Source: Microgenomates group bacterium Gr01-1014_16
GTDB lineage: Bacteria; Patescibacteriota; Microgenomatia; CAZETR01; Amesbacteraceae
Length of the DNA: 59,746 nt
Direction: 5' to 3'
Assembly (NCBI GenBank): GCA_007376345.1
Contig: VMGA01000001.1
Coordinates: 1 to 59,746 of the forward strand
The notes below the pieces were generated by a model that saw nothing but the letters and a program-made list of their open reading frames with translations, was not told the origin of the DNA and made no database searches. Below, one piece after another: positions 1 through 8,743 of the stretch. The position numbers were made by a program, and so were the translations under genes. The stretch's first letter is position 1. The number at the start of each line of letters is the position of its first letter.

Positions 1-3
1 ATG

Positions 4-76
4 TGGACGATGCTGGTCACGATCCAGCGGCCTTCGCAATGTGAATGCGACGCTCTACCAACTGAGCTAATCGTCC
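4..76 (-). tRNA. tRNA-Val(CAC)
   Basis: Reverse complement folds as a cloverleaf: GGACGAT/ATCGTCC acceptor, GCTC/GAGC D-stem, TCGCA-TTCACAT-TGCGA anticodon arm, GCTGG/CCAGC T-stem, discriminator A. CCA is not encoded and the T-loop (ATCGTGA) is atypical. Confidence 0.9.
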
Positions 77-348
77 TCGACCTGATTTATTTGGTTTGAT
101 TTTAAATAGTTCGAAAGGACTTTTTTAAGATGGGTTCTGCCCCAGCCTGTTTTGAAAAATTTCTCCCGAGAGGTGGCATCCTGTTGATTAAGATATCCCT
201 CGAGGAAGATTATTTCAAGCGGTCTTCTATACTTGGTGGCCTCGACTTTGCCTTTATTATGATACTCCAACCTTTCTCTTGGATTATTGGAGTACCCTAT
301 ATAAAGTTTGTTGTCTTTTAGACTTTTTAAGGCGTAAACGAAAAACAT
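67..348 (-). CDS. Small stand-alone GIY-YIG nuclease
   Basis: FVYAL...LYIGYS..P.ERL..HN.G...T...RP...E...RE.FFK.G.GR pattern, 93 aa. The stop codon lies inside the 5' end of the tRNA. Confidence 0.9.
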   Translation of the reverse strand: MFFVYALKSLKDNKLYIGYSNNPRERLEYHNKGKVEATKYRRPLEIIFLEGYLNQQDATSREKFFKTGWGRTHLKKVLSNYLKSNQINQVEDD

Positions 349-350
349 AG

Positions 351-431
351 GTAAATGCGACGCTCTTCACCCGACTAAATTTTTTGCGAGGCAAAAAACT
401 TTGACGGGTAAACCAACTGAGCTAATCGTCC
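351..431 (-). other. 5' half of tRNA-Val(TAC) with a 45-nt hairpin inserted in the D-loop
   Basis: 351-366 and 412-431 match 41-56 and 57-76 except for the wobble base. The insert spans 367-411. Homology stops right after the anticodon. Confidence 0.85.
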
Positions 432-439
432 GTGGACAA

Positions 440-461
440 ATTTTAACATAGCTGTGATAAT
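440..461. promoter_or_regulatory. Back-to-back extended -10 elements for the tRNA/GIY-YIG unit (-) and lepB (+)
   Basis: Minus strand TG-T-TAAAAT (448-440); plus strand TG-T-GATAAT (453-461), 6 nt before ATG 468. Confidence 0.55.
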
Positions 462-467
462 GGAATG

Positions 468-1034
468 ATGTTCAGATTAAGGAGGGGAAATATTGCGATT
501 TTGGACGCACTGGAGCCGGTGGTGCTGGCATTTGCCATCTTTATGATGGTGTATCTGTTTTTGTTCCAGCCGCATAAGGTGGACGGGAATTCGATGTACC
601 CTAATTTTCACGACCGGGAGTATATTTTGACGGATAAAATCAGCTACCAAAAGGGCGAGCCGCAGAGGGGCGATGTGGTCGTATTCCACGCGCCGCCGCC
701 GTACACCAGTGATTTTATTAAACGGATAGTGGGCATGCCGGGCGAAACGGTAATGGTCCAATCCGGATTCATATACGTCAACGGGCAGAAATTGATGGAG
801 GTGTATTTGCCGGAAAATTACGTGACTTCAGAAAAGTCGTTTTTGAGAGAGGGGGTGCCTTATAAGATTCCGGAGGGATATTACATGGTGTTTGGGGATA
901 ACCGGGGGTACAGTTCGGACTCGCGTGAATGGGGTCCTATTTCGAAAAAAGCGATCGTGGGAAAGGCCATGATCCGGTATTGGCCGATGGACCGGGTTGG
1001 ATTGATACAACACCAGGAATACGGAATTAAGTGA
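468..1034 (+). CDS. lepB: Signal peptidase I
   Basis: N-terminal TM helix, GNSMYP (catalytic Ser), FIKRIVG (catalytic Lys), GDNR..S.DSR.WG. Start could also be 465. Confidence 0.95.
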   Translation: MFRLRRGNIAILDALEPVVLAFAIFMMVYLFLFQPHKVDGNSMYPNFHDREYILTDKISYQKGEPQRGDVVVFHAPPPYTSDFIKRIVGMPGETVMVQSGFIYVNGQKLMEVYLPENYVTSEKSFLREGVPYKIPEGYYMVFGDNRGYSSDSREWGPISKKAIVGKAMIRYWPMDRVGLIQHQEYGIK

Positions 1035-1857
1035 TGGAAGTGATGGCCTTGAAGAGTTTTTGCAAACGCTCTTCTGTGTCTTGTAAATTTCCCTTGAGGA
1101 CGATAAGGAGACGGGTTTCGGCTCGGGAACGGGAGAGCTTGACCTGGTTTTTGGGCTGGCCGCCCAGAGCGTCTTCAATTTCCTGGCGCATGCGGTCGAG
1201 CTCTTCCGATACTTCATGAGCAGGGCGAGATTTTTGGCCGACCGGCTTATCCCCAATGGCGGTGCGCATTTTGCGGGCGAGCTCTTCTGCGCGGCGGACT
1301 GAACCTGACTCCCGGAGAATAATTTTGTAAGCTTCGACAATGAGCCGATGATCGTCTATTGCTGCCAGCGCCCGGGCGTGACCCTCGGAAATCAAACCGG
1401 TGAGAAGGCCGTCTTTGAGGGCATCGGGGAGAGTCAAAAGACGAATCGAGTTGCTGACATAAGCCGGGCTTTTGCCGATTCTTTGGGAAATCACAGTCGT
1501 TGCCAGGCCAAACTCGGAAATGAGGCGGTCAAAGGCCTTGGCTCTGTCGATAGCATTGAGGTCGGAGCGTTGGACATTTTCCACAATGGCCATTTCCAAC
1601 ATGCCCTGGGGAGTGGTTTCTTTGATAATGGTTGGAACGGTTTTAAAACCTGCAAGTTTAGCTGCCCGCCAGCGGCGTTCGCCGGCTATGATTTGGTAAC
1701 CGGCCGGAGTTTTGGCAATTACCAGGGGTTCTAAGATGCCGTGCTCTTTGATGGAGTCGACCAGATCTACCAGTGATTCAGGACTGATGACGCCGCGGGG
1801 TTGAAGCGGATTGGCTTGAAGAGCTTCGATTTCCAAATCGATGATCTGCTGATTCAT
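1027..1857 (-). CDS. parB: ParB/Spo0J partition protein
   Basis: NPLQPR, GILEPL, IIAGERRWRAA, ENVQRSDL and an HTH region. Confidence 0.93.
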   Translation of the reverse strand: MNQQIIDLEIEALQANPLQPRGVISPESLVDLVDSIKEHGILEPLVIAKTPAGYQIIAGERRWRAAKLAGFKTVPTIIKETTPQGMLEMAIVENVQRSDLNAIDRAKAFDRLISEFGLATTVISQRIGKSPAYVSNSIRLLTLPDALKDGLLTGLISEGHARALAAIDDHRLIVEAYKIILRESGSVRRAEELARKMRTAIGDKPVGQKSRPAHEVSEELDRMRQEIEDALGGQPKNQVKLSRSRAETRLLIVLKGNLQDTEERLQKLFKAITSIT

Positions 1858-1858
1858 G

Positions 1859-2104
1859 CTACTTTATGGCCAATAACTGACGGCCCTGACGTTTTAGAAA
1901 GGTTAATATGCCCTCTTTTACGGCATACAGGGTAAAGTCGTTGCCCATTTTGACTCCAATTCCGGGATGAAAGGTGCTACCGCGCTGACGAACCAAAATA
2001 TTGCCGGGGTAAACTTTTTCCCCGCCAAAAATCTTGACTCCCAGTCTTTTACCTATCCGGTTCCCTTTTTGTCTGGTGGAACCACCAGCTTTCGTGTGGG
2101 CTAT
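1859..2104 (-). CDS. rpmA: 50S ribosomal protein L27 (ATA start codon; absent from the ORF track)
   Basis: Manual translation: (M)AHTKAGGSTRQKGNRIGKRLGVKIFGGEKVYPGNILVRQRGSTFHPGIGVKMGNDFTLYAVKEG..., 81 aa, downstream of rplU. Confidence 0.93.
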   Translation of the reverse strand: MAHTKAGGSTRQKGNRIGKRLGVKIFGGEKVYPGNILVRQRGSTFHPGIGVKMGNDFTLYAVKEGILTFLKRQGRQLLAIK

Positions 2105-2113
2105 ATTTACAAA

Positions 2114-2149
2114 TTTCTAATTATTCTAATTAACCTAATTATTCTAAAG
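2114..2149. repeat. Four degenerate 9-nt tandem units
   Basis: TTTCTAATT ATTCTAATT AACCTAATT ATTCTAAAG in the rplU-rpmA spacer. Confidence 0.7.
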
Positions 2150-2172
2150 AATATATTATATTTTCACGAAAA

Positions 2173-2436
2173 TCAAGAGGCGGATTTCACGGGCTTTACT
2201 TCGGTGACCTTGAGGCGGTGAAATACAGTCCGGTGACCGATTGTTTTGTGATACCGGCTTTTGGCCTTGTATTTGGAGGTGCGAATCTTGGGACCTTTGA
2301 CCAGACCCAGATTTTCGACCAATACCTGATAAGCCTCCGGGTAAAGGACCCGATCTACCTGTGGCTTTGGAGCCAAAATTTCGAGACCCGGCTCGACTTG
2401 AAATTGTGAGGACCCGATTTTGATTATTGCCTGCAT
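2173..2436 (-). CDS. rplU: 50S ribosomal protein L21 (short, 87 aa)
   Basis: MQAIIKIGSSQFQV and KGPKI...KYKAKSRYHKTIGHR; adjacent to rpmA. Confidence 0.9.
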   Translation of the reverse strand: MQAIIKIGSSQFQVEPGLEILAPKPQVDRVLYPEAYQVLVENLGLVKGPKIRTSKYKAKSRYHKTIGHRTVFHRLKVTEVKPVKSAS

Positions 2437-2445
2437 GAGGCTTGA

Positions 2446-3471
2446 TTATACCCGAGAAAAGGTGTTTTGGGAAATGGAATTGATGATACCCAGGTGTATT
2501 CCCAGAGACAATAAAGATGAGCCGCCGTAGGACAGAAACGGCAGTGTTATGCCGGTAACCGGAGCCAAGCCCATGTTCATGGCAATGTTAATGAAAGTTT
2601 GAAAAGCCATAAGAGCGAGGGATGACAGACAAAAGTATGAAGCTGTAGGATGACCCAGACTTTGAGAAATTTTGTATATTTTCCAAAATAGAATTGAGAA
2701 TAAAGCTAAGACGGCTACGACCCCGACGAAACCCAGTTCTTCGGCTAAGGAAGCAAAAATAAAATCAGTATGTCTTTCCGGGAGAAACCGGAGTTGGGAC
2801 TGGGTCCCATGGCCAAGACCACGGCCTAACAGTTGGCCCGAGCCCACAGCAATTTTGGACTGGATAACGTGGTAGCCCTGATCCAGGGGATCCCTGTAGG
2901 GATTGATGTAAGTTTGCAACCGCTCCCGTTGATAGGGCCGAAGGAGAAAAATGTAGAAGGGGATGGCGAGGAGGGAAATAAAAATAAGGGACAGAGCCAC
3001 GGATTTGAGAGAGAAGCGGGAGAGGAGAATGACTAACCAGCCGGAAAAAATGACCAAACTGGTACCCAAGTCAGGCTGGAAAAAAATAATCAGCCAGGGG
3101 AGAACAAAAGCGGGAAATAAAAAAACGGGGTTGGCAAAAAAGGTGGAGAAAGTGTTTAACAAAAATGGTTTGACTATCTCTGACGGTTGGAGTGTATATT
3201 GGCCTATCTGAAGCCATCTGTTTGCACCACGAGAATCAATTCCAAACAGATACGGAGAAACTAGAAACAATAAGGAAATAATGAATATGGGAAGATGTAA
3301 TGACTTAAGTATTGAATAATCCAGTTTTGAAAAAAATAAAAAAAACGCAATTGAAATGAAGGTAAATAAAAGTTGGTTTGTAAATAAATCCGGAGTGATG
3401 CTGCGTAAAACTAATAGTCCTATTATTGTGAGCAAGAGTGCCGGGAGGGCTAACCACCAGTCGATTTTCAT
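2446..3471 (-). CDS. rodA: SEDS peptidoglycan polymerase RodA
   Basis: GANRW, QPSE, QPDLGT, GYHVIQSKIAVGSG, FLPERHTDFIF, LPFLSYGGSS. Confidence 0.88.
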   Translation of the reverse strand: MKIDWWLALPALLLTIIGLLVLRSITPDLFTNQLLFTFISIAFFLFFSKLDYSILKSLHLPIFIISLLFLVSPYLFGIDSRGANRWLQIGQYTLQPSEIVKPFLLNTFSTFFANPVFLFPAFVLPWLIIFFQPDLGTSLVIFSGWLVILLSRFSLKSVALSLIFISLLAIPFYIFLLRPYQRERLQTYINPYRDPLDQGYHVIQSKIAVGSGQLLGRGLGHGTQSQLRFLPERHTDFIFASLAEELGFVGVVAVLALFSILFWKIYKISQSLGHPTASYFCLSSLALMAFQTFINIAMNMGLAPVTGITLPFLSYGGSSLLSLGIHLGIINSISQNTFSRV

Positions 3472-6284
3472 AACAATTCTACTTTGAGCTCCGATCCATA
3501 CTCGATTTTATCTGCCAAAGTATGACGTTTAAGATCTTCAATAGATACCGGGTGTGATGGTAATACTAAATTTATTTTTTGATCAAGCCTGGCCCCTAAT
3601 TCTTTGCGCTTGTCCTGGATTTGGCGAATAAGTTCGCGGGTTTGGCCTTCGGCGATTAATAAATCATCTAACTTTAAATCAAGTTCGACTGATAATTCGT
3701 CTGATTTTTCAAATATAATGTTTTTAATATTAAGTTCGTCGAGAATTAATTTTTCTAATTGGATATTGGATATTGAATTTTGAACATTGACGGTCAGAGA
3801 CCTTAAGGGTTGGCGGACTTTGATGCCGGCGGCTTTGCGCGCGGACAAGCCTAATTCAACAATTTTGCGGACGGTTCGCATTTGCCCGATGAGTTTAAAA
3901 TCGATTTTGCCTACTTTCGGCCAACTGGAAAGGTGGACGGATGTTTCGCCAGTCAGGTTGCGATATATTTCTTCGGATAGATAAGGGGTGAAAGGAGCCA
4001 ATAAAGAACTCAAAGTGCAAAGTGCAAAGTGCAAAACCGAATAACAAGTTTGTTTGTCCGGCCCGTTTGGAGCTGACGGGCCGACGCGGTCGCGGGAACG
4101 GCGGACGTACCAAAGTGACAGGTCATTAACGAAATTTTCGATGGCATGGGAAGCGGTGTAAGCGTCGTATTTATCAAGTGATTTAGTAACGACGGAAATT
4201 GTTTGATTTAAGCGAGAAAGAATCCATTGATCCAAGACTGATTTAGGAGAGGAAATTTTGTTGGGAGAATACTTATCTATATTGGAGTAGGTGACGAAGA
4301 AGTTGTAAATATTCCAGAGCATGAGGTGGAACTGACGACGAGTATCGTTGGCCAGCTCCCAACCGAACAATAAGTTTTGAGTGGGATTTTGGGTAGCAAA
4401 GATCCAACGCATAACGTCTACTCCAGCTTTGTCCGCCCCTTCGTCGAAAGAAATGTAAGTTTTGGGGTTACTTTTGTGCATAATTTCTCCATCCGTCCCG
4501 CAGGCTGATGCAAATCCTAGCACGGTTTTCATTGAGTTGGTTTTGGCCAGGACGGTGCTCATGGCGATGAGGGAATAAAACCAGTTTTTGAACTGACCCG
4601 GAAACGATTCGGTAATAAAATCGGCCGGGAACCAATCGGGCGGGAGTGTAGAAAACGAAACTATGCCAGCGTCCAGCCAGGGGTTGCCGACGTCAGAAAC
4701 CCGGCTAACAACGTTTCCACATTGGGAACATTTGGTTTTTACCTCATCGATCCAAGGGCGGTGAGGAGAATTACCATCGAATTTGTCCCACCCGGTAACA
4801 CATTTGGATTTCAACTCTTCTTTGGAACCAATAACTTCAAAGTGGTGACATGAAGTGCATTCGTAAATCGGCAAGGCCAGGCCCCAATAACGGTTTTTTT
4901 TGGAAATAAGCCAGTCATGCATGTTTTTGAGCCAGTCCAGCTCTCGGTCTAACCCAAAAGCCGGCAGCCATTTGATTTTTTTGGCTATCGCCATCATCTG
5001 TTTCCTGAGAGACTTACCTGTGTCGTCCGGTTTGTCCATACTGATATACCATTCGTCAGCGACTTTCCAAACCAGTTCGGTTTTACAGCGCCAGCAGGCC
5101 GGGTACCTGTGAGTATAATGTTCAGTTTTCAATGTCCAATGTTCAGTTTTGAGATAGTCAAGAATTAGTTCGGGGTGTTTTTTGGCGTTGAGACCGGTGA
5201 GATCACCCAGGCCAGGTAAGTAGTCCGCGTTGTCCGCGATTACGGGAACCATAGGTAGATCAAGCTTTTGACCTAGCTTGAAATCTTCTTCTCCGGCGGA
5301 GACGGCGGTGTGTACTAAGCCGGTACCTTCCTGGCTATTGATAGGCATTATTTTGGAATCGGTGGCAACCACTGTATGAAAAAGCCTATGAGAGGCTGCT
5401 TTTTGAACTGCTTCCAAATTGTCGTATGGACCGGTGTATTTTAGTCCGACTAATTTTTTACCAGAAAGAGTTTTTTGAATAGGAGAAGACGGGAATAACC
5501 TGGATGTAGCATCTGAAGCAACCCAACAGTTTTCCACAAGTGAATAATCAAAGGACGGTTCGACAGCCACGGCAATATTGGCCGGAATCGTCCAGGGAGT
5601 GGTTGTCCAAACCAGTAAAAATTCGCCCGGATTGTTTACAAGGGGAAACTTGAGATATACTGACTCGTGGATTAATTCCTGATAATCTTCGGTGAGAATC
5701 TCGTGTTGTGAAATAGCCGTTTCACAGCGGGGACACCAGGGGACGGAGTCATGGCCTTTGTAAAGCCAACCCCTTTCCCAACAAACTTTGAGGAAATGCC
5801 AGATTGCGTAATTATTGGCATCGGACATGGTGTAATACGAGTTTTCCCAGTCCATGAAGTAGCCCAGTCTTTTGGATTGCTCCGCCTGAATGGCGGAGTA
5901 TTTCATAACCCGGTCTTTGCATTTATTGACGAATTTGTCTACTCCATAGGTTTCAATGTCTTTTTTGGATTTGAAGCCCAAGTCTTTTTCGACTTCGACT
6001 TCTACCCAAAGACCTTGACAGTCAAAGCCATTTTGAAAACGTTGTTTATAGCCTTTGAGATTAAAATACCGCTGCCAGAGGTCTTTGTAAGTCCGGCCCC
6101 AGGCATGGTGGACACCCATGGGGTTGTTGGCGGTTATCGGGCCGTCCAAAAACGAAAACTTCTTTTTGGAGTTGTCGTTTTTGTGCAAATACTTATCCAC
6201 TACACCCGACTCATACCACCACTTGAGAATCTCTTTTTCCAAAGCGGGAAAATCAACCTGCGAAGTGATTGGTTTGAAGGCCAT
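3468..6284 (-). CDS. ileS: Isoleucine--tRNA ligase, type 2
   Basis: DGPITAN..MGVHH, GFDCQGL, WTTTPWT, GTGLVH, DWLISK, MHKS (KMSKS variant). Confidence 0.95.
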   Translation of the reverse strand: MAFKPITSQVDFPALEKEILKWWYESGVVDKYLHKNDNSKKKFSFLDGPITANNPMGVHHAWGRTYKDLWQRYFNLKGYKQRFQNGFDCQGLWVEVEVEKDLGFKSKKDIETYGVDKFVNKCKDRVMKYSAIQAEQSKRLGYFMDWENSYYTMSDANNYAIWHFLKVCWERGWLYKGHDSVPWCPRCETAISQHEILTEDYQELIHESVYLKFPLVNNPGEFLLVWTTTPWTIPANIAVAVEPSFDYSLVENCWVASDATSRLFPSSPIQKTLSGKKLVGLKYTGPYDNLEAVQKAASHRLFHTVVATDSKIMPINSQEGTGLVHTAVSAGEEDFKLGQKLDLPMVPVIADNADYLPGLGDLTGLNAKKHPELILDYLKTEHWTLKTEHYTHRYPACWRCKTELVWKVADEWYISMDKPDDTGKSLRKQMMAIAKKIKWLPAFGLDRELDWLKNMHDWLISKKNRYWGLALPIYECTSCHHFEVIGSKEELKSKCVTGWDKFDGNSPHRPWIDEVKTKCSQCGNVVSRVSDVGNPWLDAGIVSFSTLPPDWFPADFITESFPGQFKNWFYSLIAMSTVLAKTNSMKTVLGFASACGTDGEIMHKSNPKTYISFDEGADKAGVDVMRWIFATQNPTQNLLFGWELANDTRRQFHLMLWNIYNFFVTYSNIDKYSPNKISSPKSVLDQWILSRLNQTISVVTKSLDKYDAYTASHAIENFVNDLSLWYVRRSRDRVGPSAPNGPDKQTCYSVLHFALCTLSSLLAPFTPYLSEEIYRNLTGETSVHLSSWPKVGKIDFKLIGQMRTVRKIVELGLSARKAAGIKVRQPLRSLTVNVQNSISNIQLEKLILDELNIKNIIFEKSDELSVELDLKLDDLLIAEGQTRELIRQIQDKRKELGARLDQKINLVLPSHPVSIEDLKRHTLADKIEYGSELKVELL

Positions 6285-6303
6285 TAAATGATTTTACATC
6301 AAA

Positions 6304-7461
6304 TCAACGGCCGTGGCGGAGGAAGGCCGGTATGTCGAAGTCGACGGGGGGTTCTTCGGCGTCGGGGGGGACGAATTGGTCGGGAATCTCGGTAGGTGGT
6401 TCAGGAGGTGGAACGCTTTTTGGTTTTTCGGAGACAATGCCGGTAGTTATGCCGGACGGGGCGACCGGGCGGGTGCGGGTAACCATATTGACCAGGCGGG
6501 AGCGGGTTTCGTCGAAGCCTGTGGCTATAACCGTGATTTTCATCTGGTCGATGAGTTTGCCGTTTAAGGCTGCCCCGAAGATAATGTTGGCATCGGCGTC
6601 GGCGGCTTCGGAGATGATCCGGGCGGCTTCGTCCACTTCGGTCATGGTCATATCCGGACCACCTATGATGTTAAACAAAACTCCTTTGGCTCCATCTATG
6701 GAAACTTCCAAGAGCGGAGAAGAAATGGCGGCCCGGGCGGCCATTTGGGCCCGATTATCCCCTACCCCGGACCCAATACCCATAAGAGCCGAGCCGGCGT
6801 CGCGCATAATGGATTTGACGTCGGCAAAATCGACGTTTATCAGGCCGGGGACGGTAATAATGTCAGAAATGCCCTCGACGCCTTGAGTTAAAACCGAATC
6901 GGCCACCCGGAAGGCTTCGAGAAGGGTCATCTTGCGATCGACGACGTCCAGGAGGCGCTGATTGGGGATGACAATTAATGTATCGACTTTGCTCTTGAGG
7001 TTTTCGATGCCCTCTTCGGCGTTGACCATCCGGCGGGCGCCTTCAAAAGCAAAGGGTTTGGTAACAATGGCGACTGTTAAGGCTCCGACTTCTTTGGCCA
7101 CCTCGGCAATAACCGGAGCGGCCCCCGTGCCCGTACCGCCGCCCATGCCGGCAGTAATAAAAACCATATCCGAGTCTATCAAGTACTCTTTAATTTTTTC
7201 CCGAGATTCTTCAGCCGCCTGCAATCCAATATCAGGATTACCCCCAGAACCTAATCCTTTGGTCAAATTATCGCCGATTTGGATTTTGACGTTGGCAAGA
7301 TTGGTGAGAAGAACCTGGGCATCGGTATTGACGGTAATAAAATCCACGCCGGTTATTGTACCGCTTTGAATCATGGAGTTGAGGGCATTGCCGCCTCCGC
7401 CACCGACACCTATAACTTTTATTTTGGCAAATCTGCCGACGTCCGGTTTAACTAAAGCCAT
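6304..7461 (-). CDS. ftsZ: Cell division protein FtsZ
   Basis: [27 protein letters not shown]-terminal DIPAFLR. Start reassigned to MALVKP. Confidence 0.97.
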   Translation of the reverse strand: MALVKPDVGRFAKIKVIGVGGGGGNALNSMIQSGTITGVDFITVNTDAQVLLTNLANVKIQIGDNLTKGLGSGGNPDIGLQAAEESREKIKEYLIDSDMVFITAGMGGGTGTGAAPVIAEVAKEVGALTVAIVTKPFAFEGARRMVNAEEGIENLKSKVDTLIVIPNQRLLDVVDRKMTLLEAFRVADSVLTQGVEGISDIITVPGLINVDFADVKSIMRDAGSALMGIGSGVGDNRAQMAARAAISSPLLEVSIDGAKGVLFNIIGGPDMTMTEVDEAARIISEAADADANIIFGAALNGKLIDQMKITVIATGFDETRSRLVNMVTRTRPVAPSGITTGIVSEKPKSVPPPEPPTEIPDQFVPPDAEEPPVDFDIPAFLRHGR

Positions 7462-7500
7462 ATAGTAAGGGCAGGAGCTGCGCCGATTGTACCACAAGAC

Positions 7501-8742
7501 CTAGGGCAGTAAAGACCTGAGGAAGGAAACTATTTTGAGTTTGCCGAAATTGGGAAGTGTTGGAAACTTGGATCCCGGCTGATGAACGGGTTCGGAGGAT
7601 TCGGTCAGGGCATATTTGAGCAACCCGACTGGGGCGGCAAAAGCGGGATTTTCTATGTCATCAATGAGACCGGAAATACCTACAGGAGAAGCGACGCGAA
7701 CCGGCATACTTAAGACTCTCTTGGCGGAGTCGGAAATGCCAACGGTGAGAGCGCCGCCACCGGTTAAGACCAGCCCGGCCGGAGTCAGACCACCCAAATT
7801 AGATTTTTTGATTTCGGCGGTAATCAGCTGAAATATTTCATTGAGCCGGGGTCGGATAATGCCGTCGACTAGAGTTTTGTAGGAAACTGTTTTGAGCTCT
7901 TCTGGTAGGTGAAGTGAGGACAGATCAATGTCGTCCTCTTTAGATTTGAGAGTGCTCAAGAAGAGCTTGATTTTTTCGGCACTTTCTAAAGAGATGCGCA
8001 AACCGATAGCTAAATCGTTGGTAACGTTTTTGGCGCCGACGGGCAAAACCGAAGAATATGACAGGGCGCCTTCGGTAAACATGGCGATACCGGTCGTCCC
8101 CCCGCCGATGTCAATTAAGACGACCCCCAGCTCTTTTTCGGTATCAGAAAGAACAGCCAGCCCTGACGCCAGACCAGTGTATACCAAACCGGCGGTATCG
8201 CAACCAACTTCGGAGACACATTTAACCAAATTCTTCAACGAAGTCGACGAGCCGGTAACGATGTGGGTGGTAACTTCAAGCCGGACACCGGTCATGCCGC
8301 TGGGATCTTTGACGCCTTCCTGGCTGTCAACATTGTAAGACCTCGGAACAACATGGATGATTTCGGAGGCGGTGGGCAAGGAAATGGCACGGGCTGCTTC
8401 TAAAACCCGACGGACATCTTCGGAATTGATTTCACCTTTGGGCTCACTGACAGCAACGACGCCGTGGCTGTTTTGGGAAACAATGTGCGAGCCGCCGACT
8501 GAAACCCAGACTTTGGCGATATTAAAGCCGGCCATGCGCTCTGCGGCCTCGACCGATTCGGTAATGGCCACCACGGCTTCTTCGATATTGACTATTTGAC
8601 CTTTGCGGACGCCTTTAGAGGGGACACTGGCAACGCCGACAATGTGAAGTGAATCGGAGTCGGGATCACGAAGTTGGGCAATAAGAGTAGTAATTTTGGA
8701 CGTGCCAATATCGAGGGCGGAGATGAGTTTGCCTTTGGCCAT
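7501..8742 (-). CDS. ftsA: Cell division protein FtsA
   Basis: LDIGTSKI, IDIGGGTT, LTGGGA; directly upstream of ftsZ. Confidence 0.96.
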   Translation of the reverse strand: MAKGKLISALDIGTSKITTLIAQLRDPDSDSLHIVGVASVPSKGVRKGQIVNIEEAVVAITESVEAAERMAGFNIAKVWVSVGGSHIVSQNSHGVVAVSEPKGEINSEDVRRVLEAARAISLPTASEIIHVVPRSYNVDSQEGVKDPSGMTGVRLEVTTHIVTGSSTSLKNLVKCVSEVGCDTAGLVYTGLASGLAVLSDTEKELGVVLIDIGGGTTGIAMFTEGALSYSSVLPVGAKNVTNDLAIGLRISLESAEKIKLFLSTLKSKEDDIDLSSLHLPEELKTVSYKTLVDGIIRPRLNEIFQLITAEIKKSNLGGLTPAGLVLTGGGALTVGISDSAKRVLSMPVRVASPVGISGLIDDIENPAFAAPVGLLKYALTESSEPVHQPGSKFPTLPNFGKLKIVSFLRSLLP

Positions 8743-8743
8743 G

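Noticed and set aside
41-350. Group I intron with a homing endonuclease in tRNA-Val
   Set aside because: The interval is almost entirely ORF plus a second tRNA 5' half, leaving no room for a ribozyme core, and none is recognisable. Splicing by another route stays open.
1027-1857. parB as a plasmid or prophage marker
   Set aside because: It is a chromosomal Spo0J-type sequence among housekeeping genes, with no replication or phage genes nearby and no parS site recognised.
1967-2221. 84-aa plus-strand ORF from the track
   Set aside because: It is an antisense shadow of rpmA and rplU.
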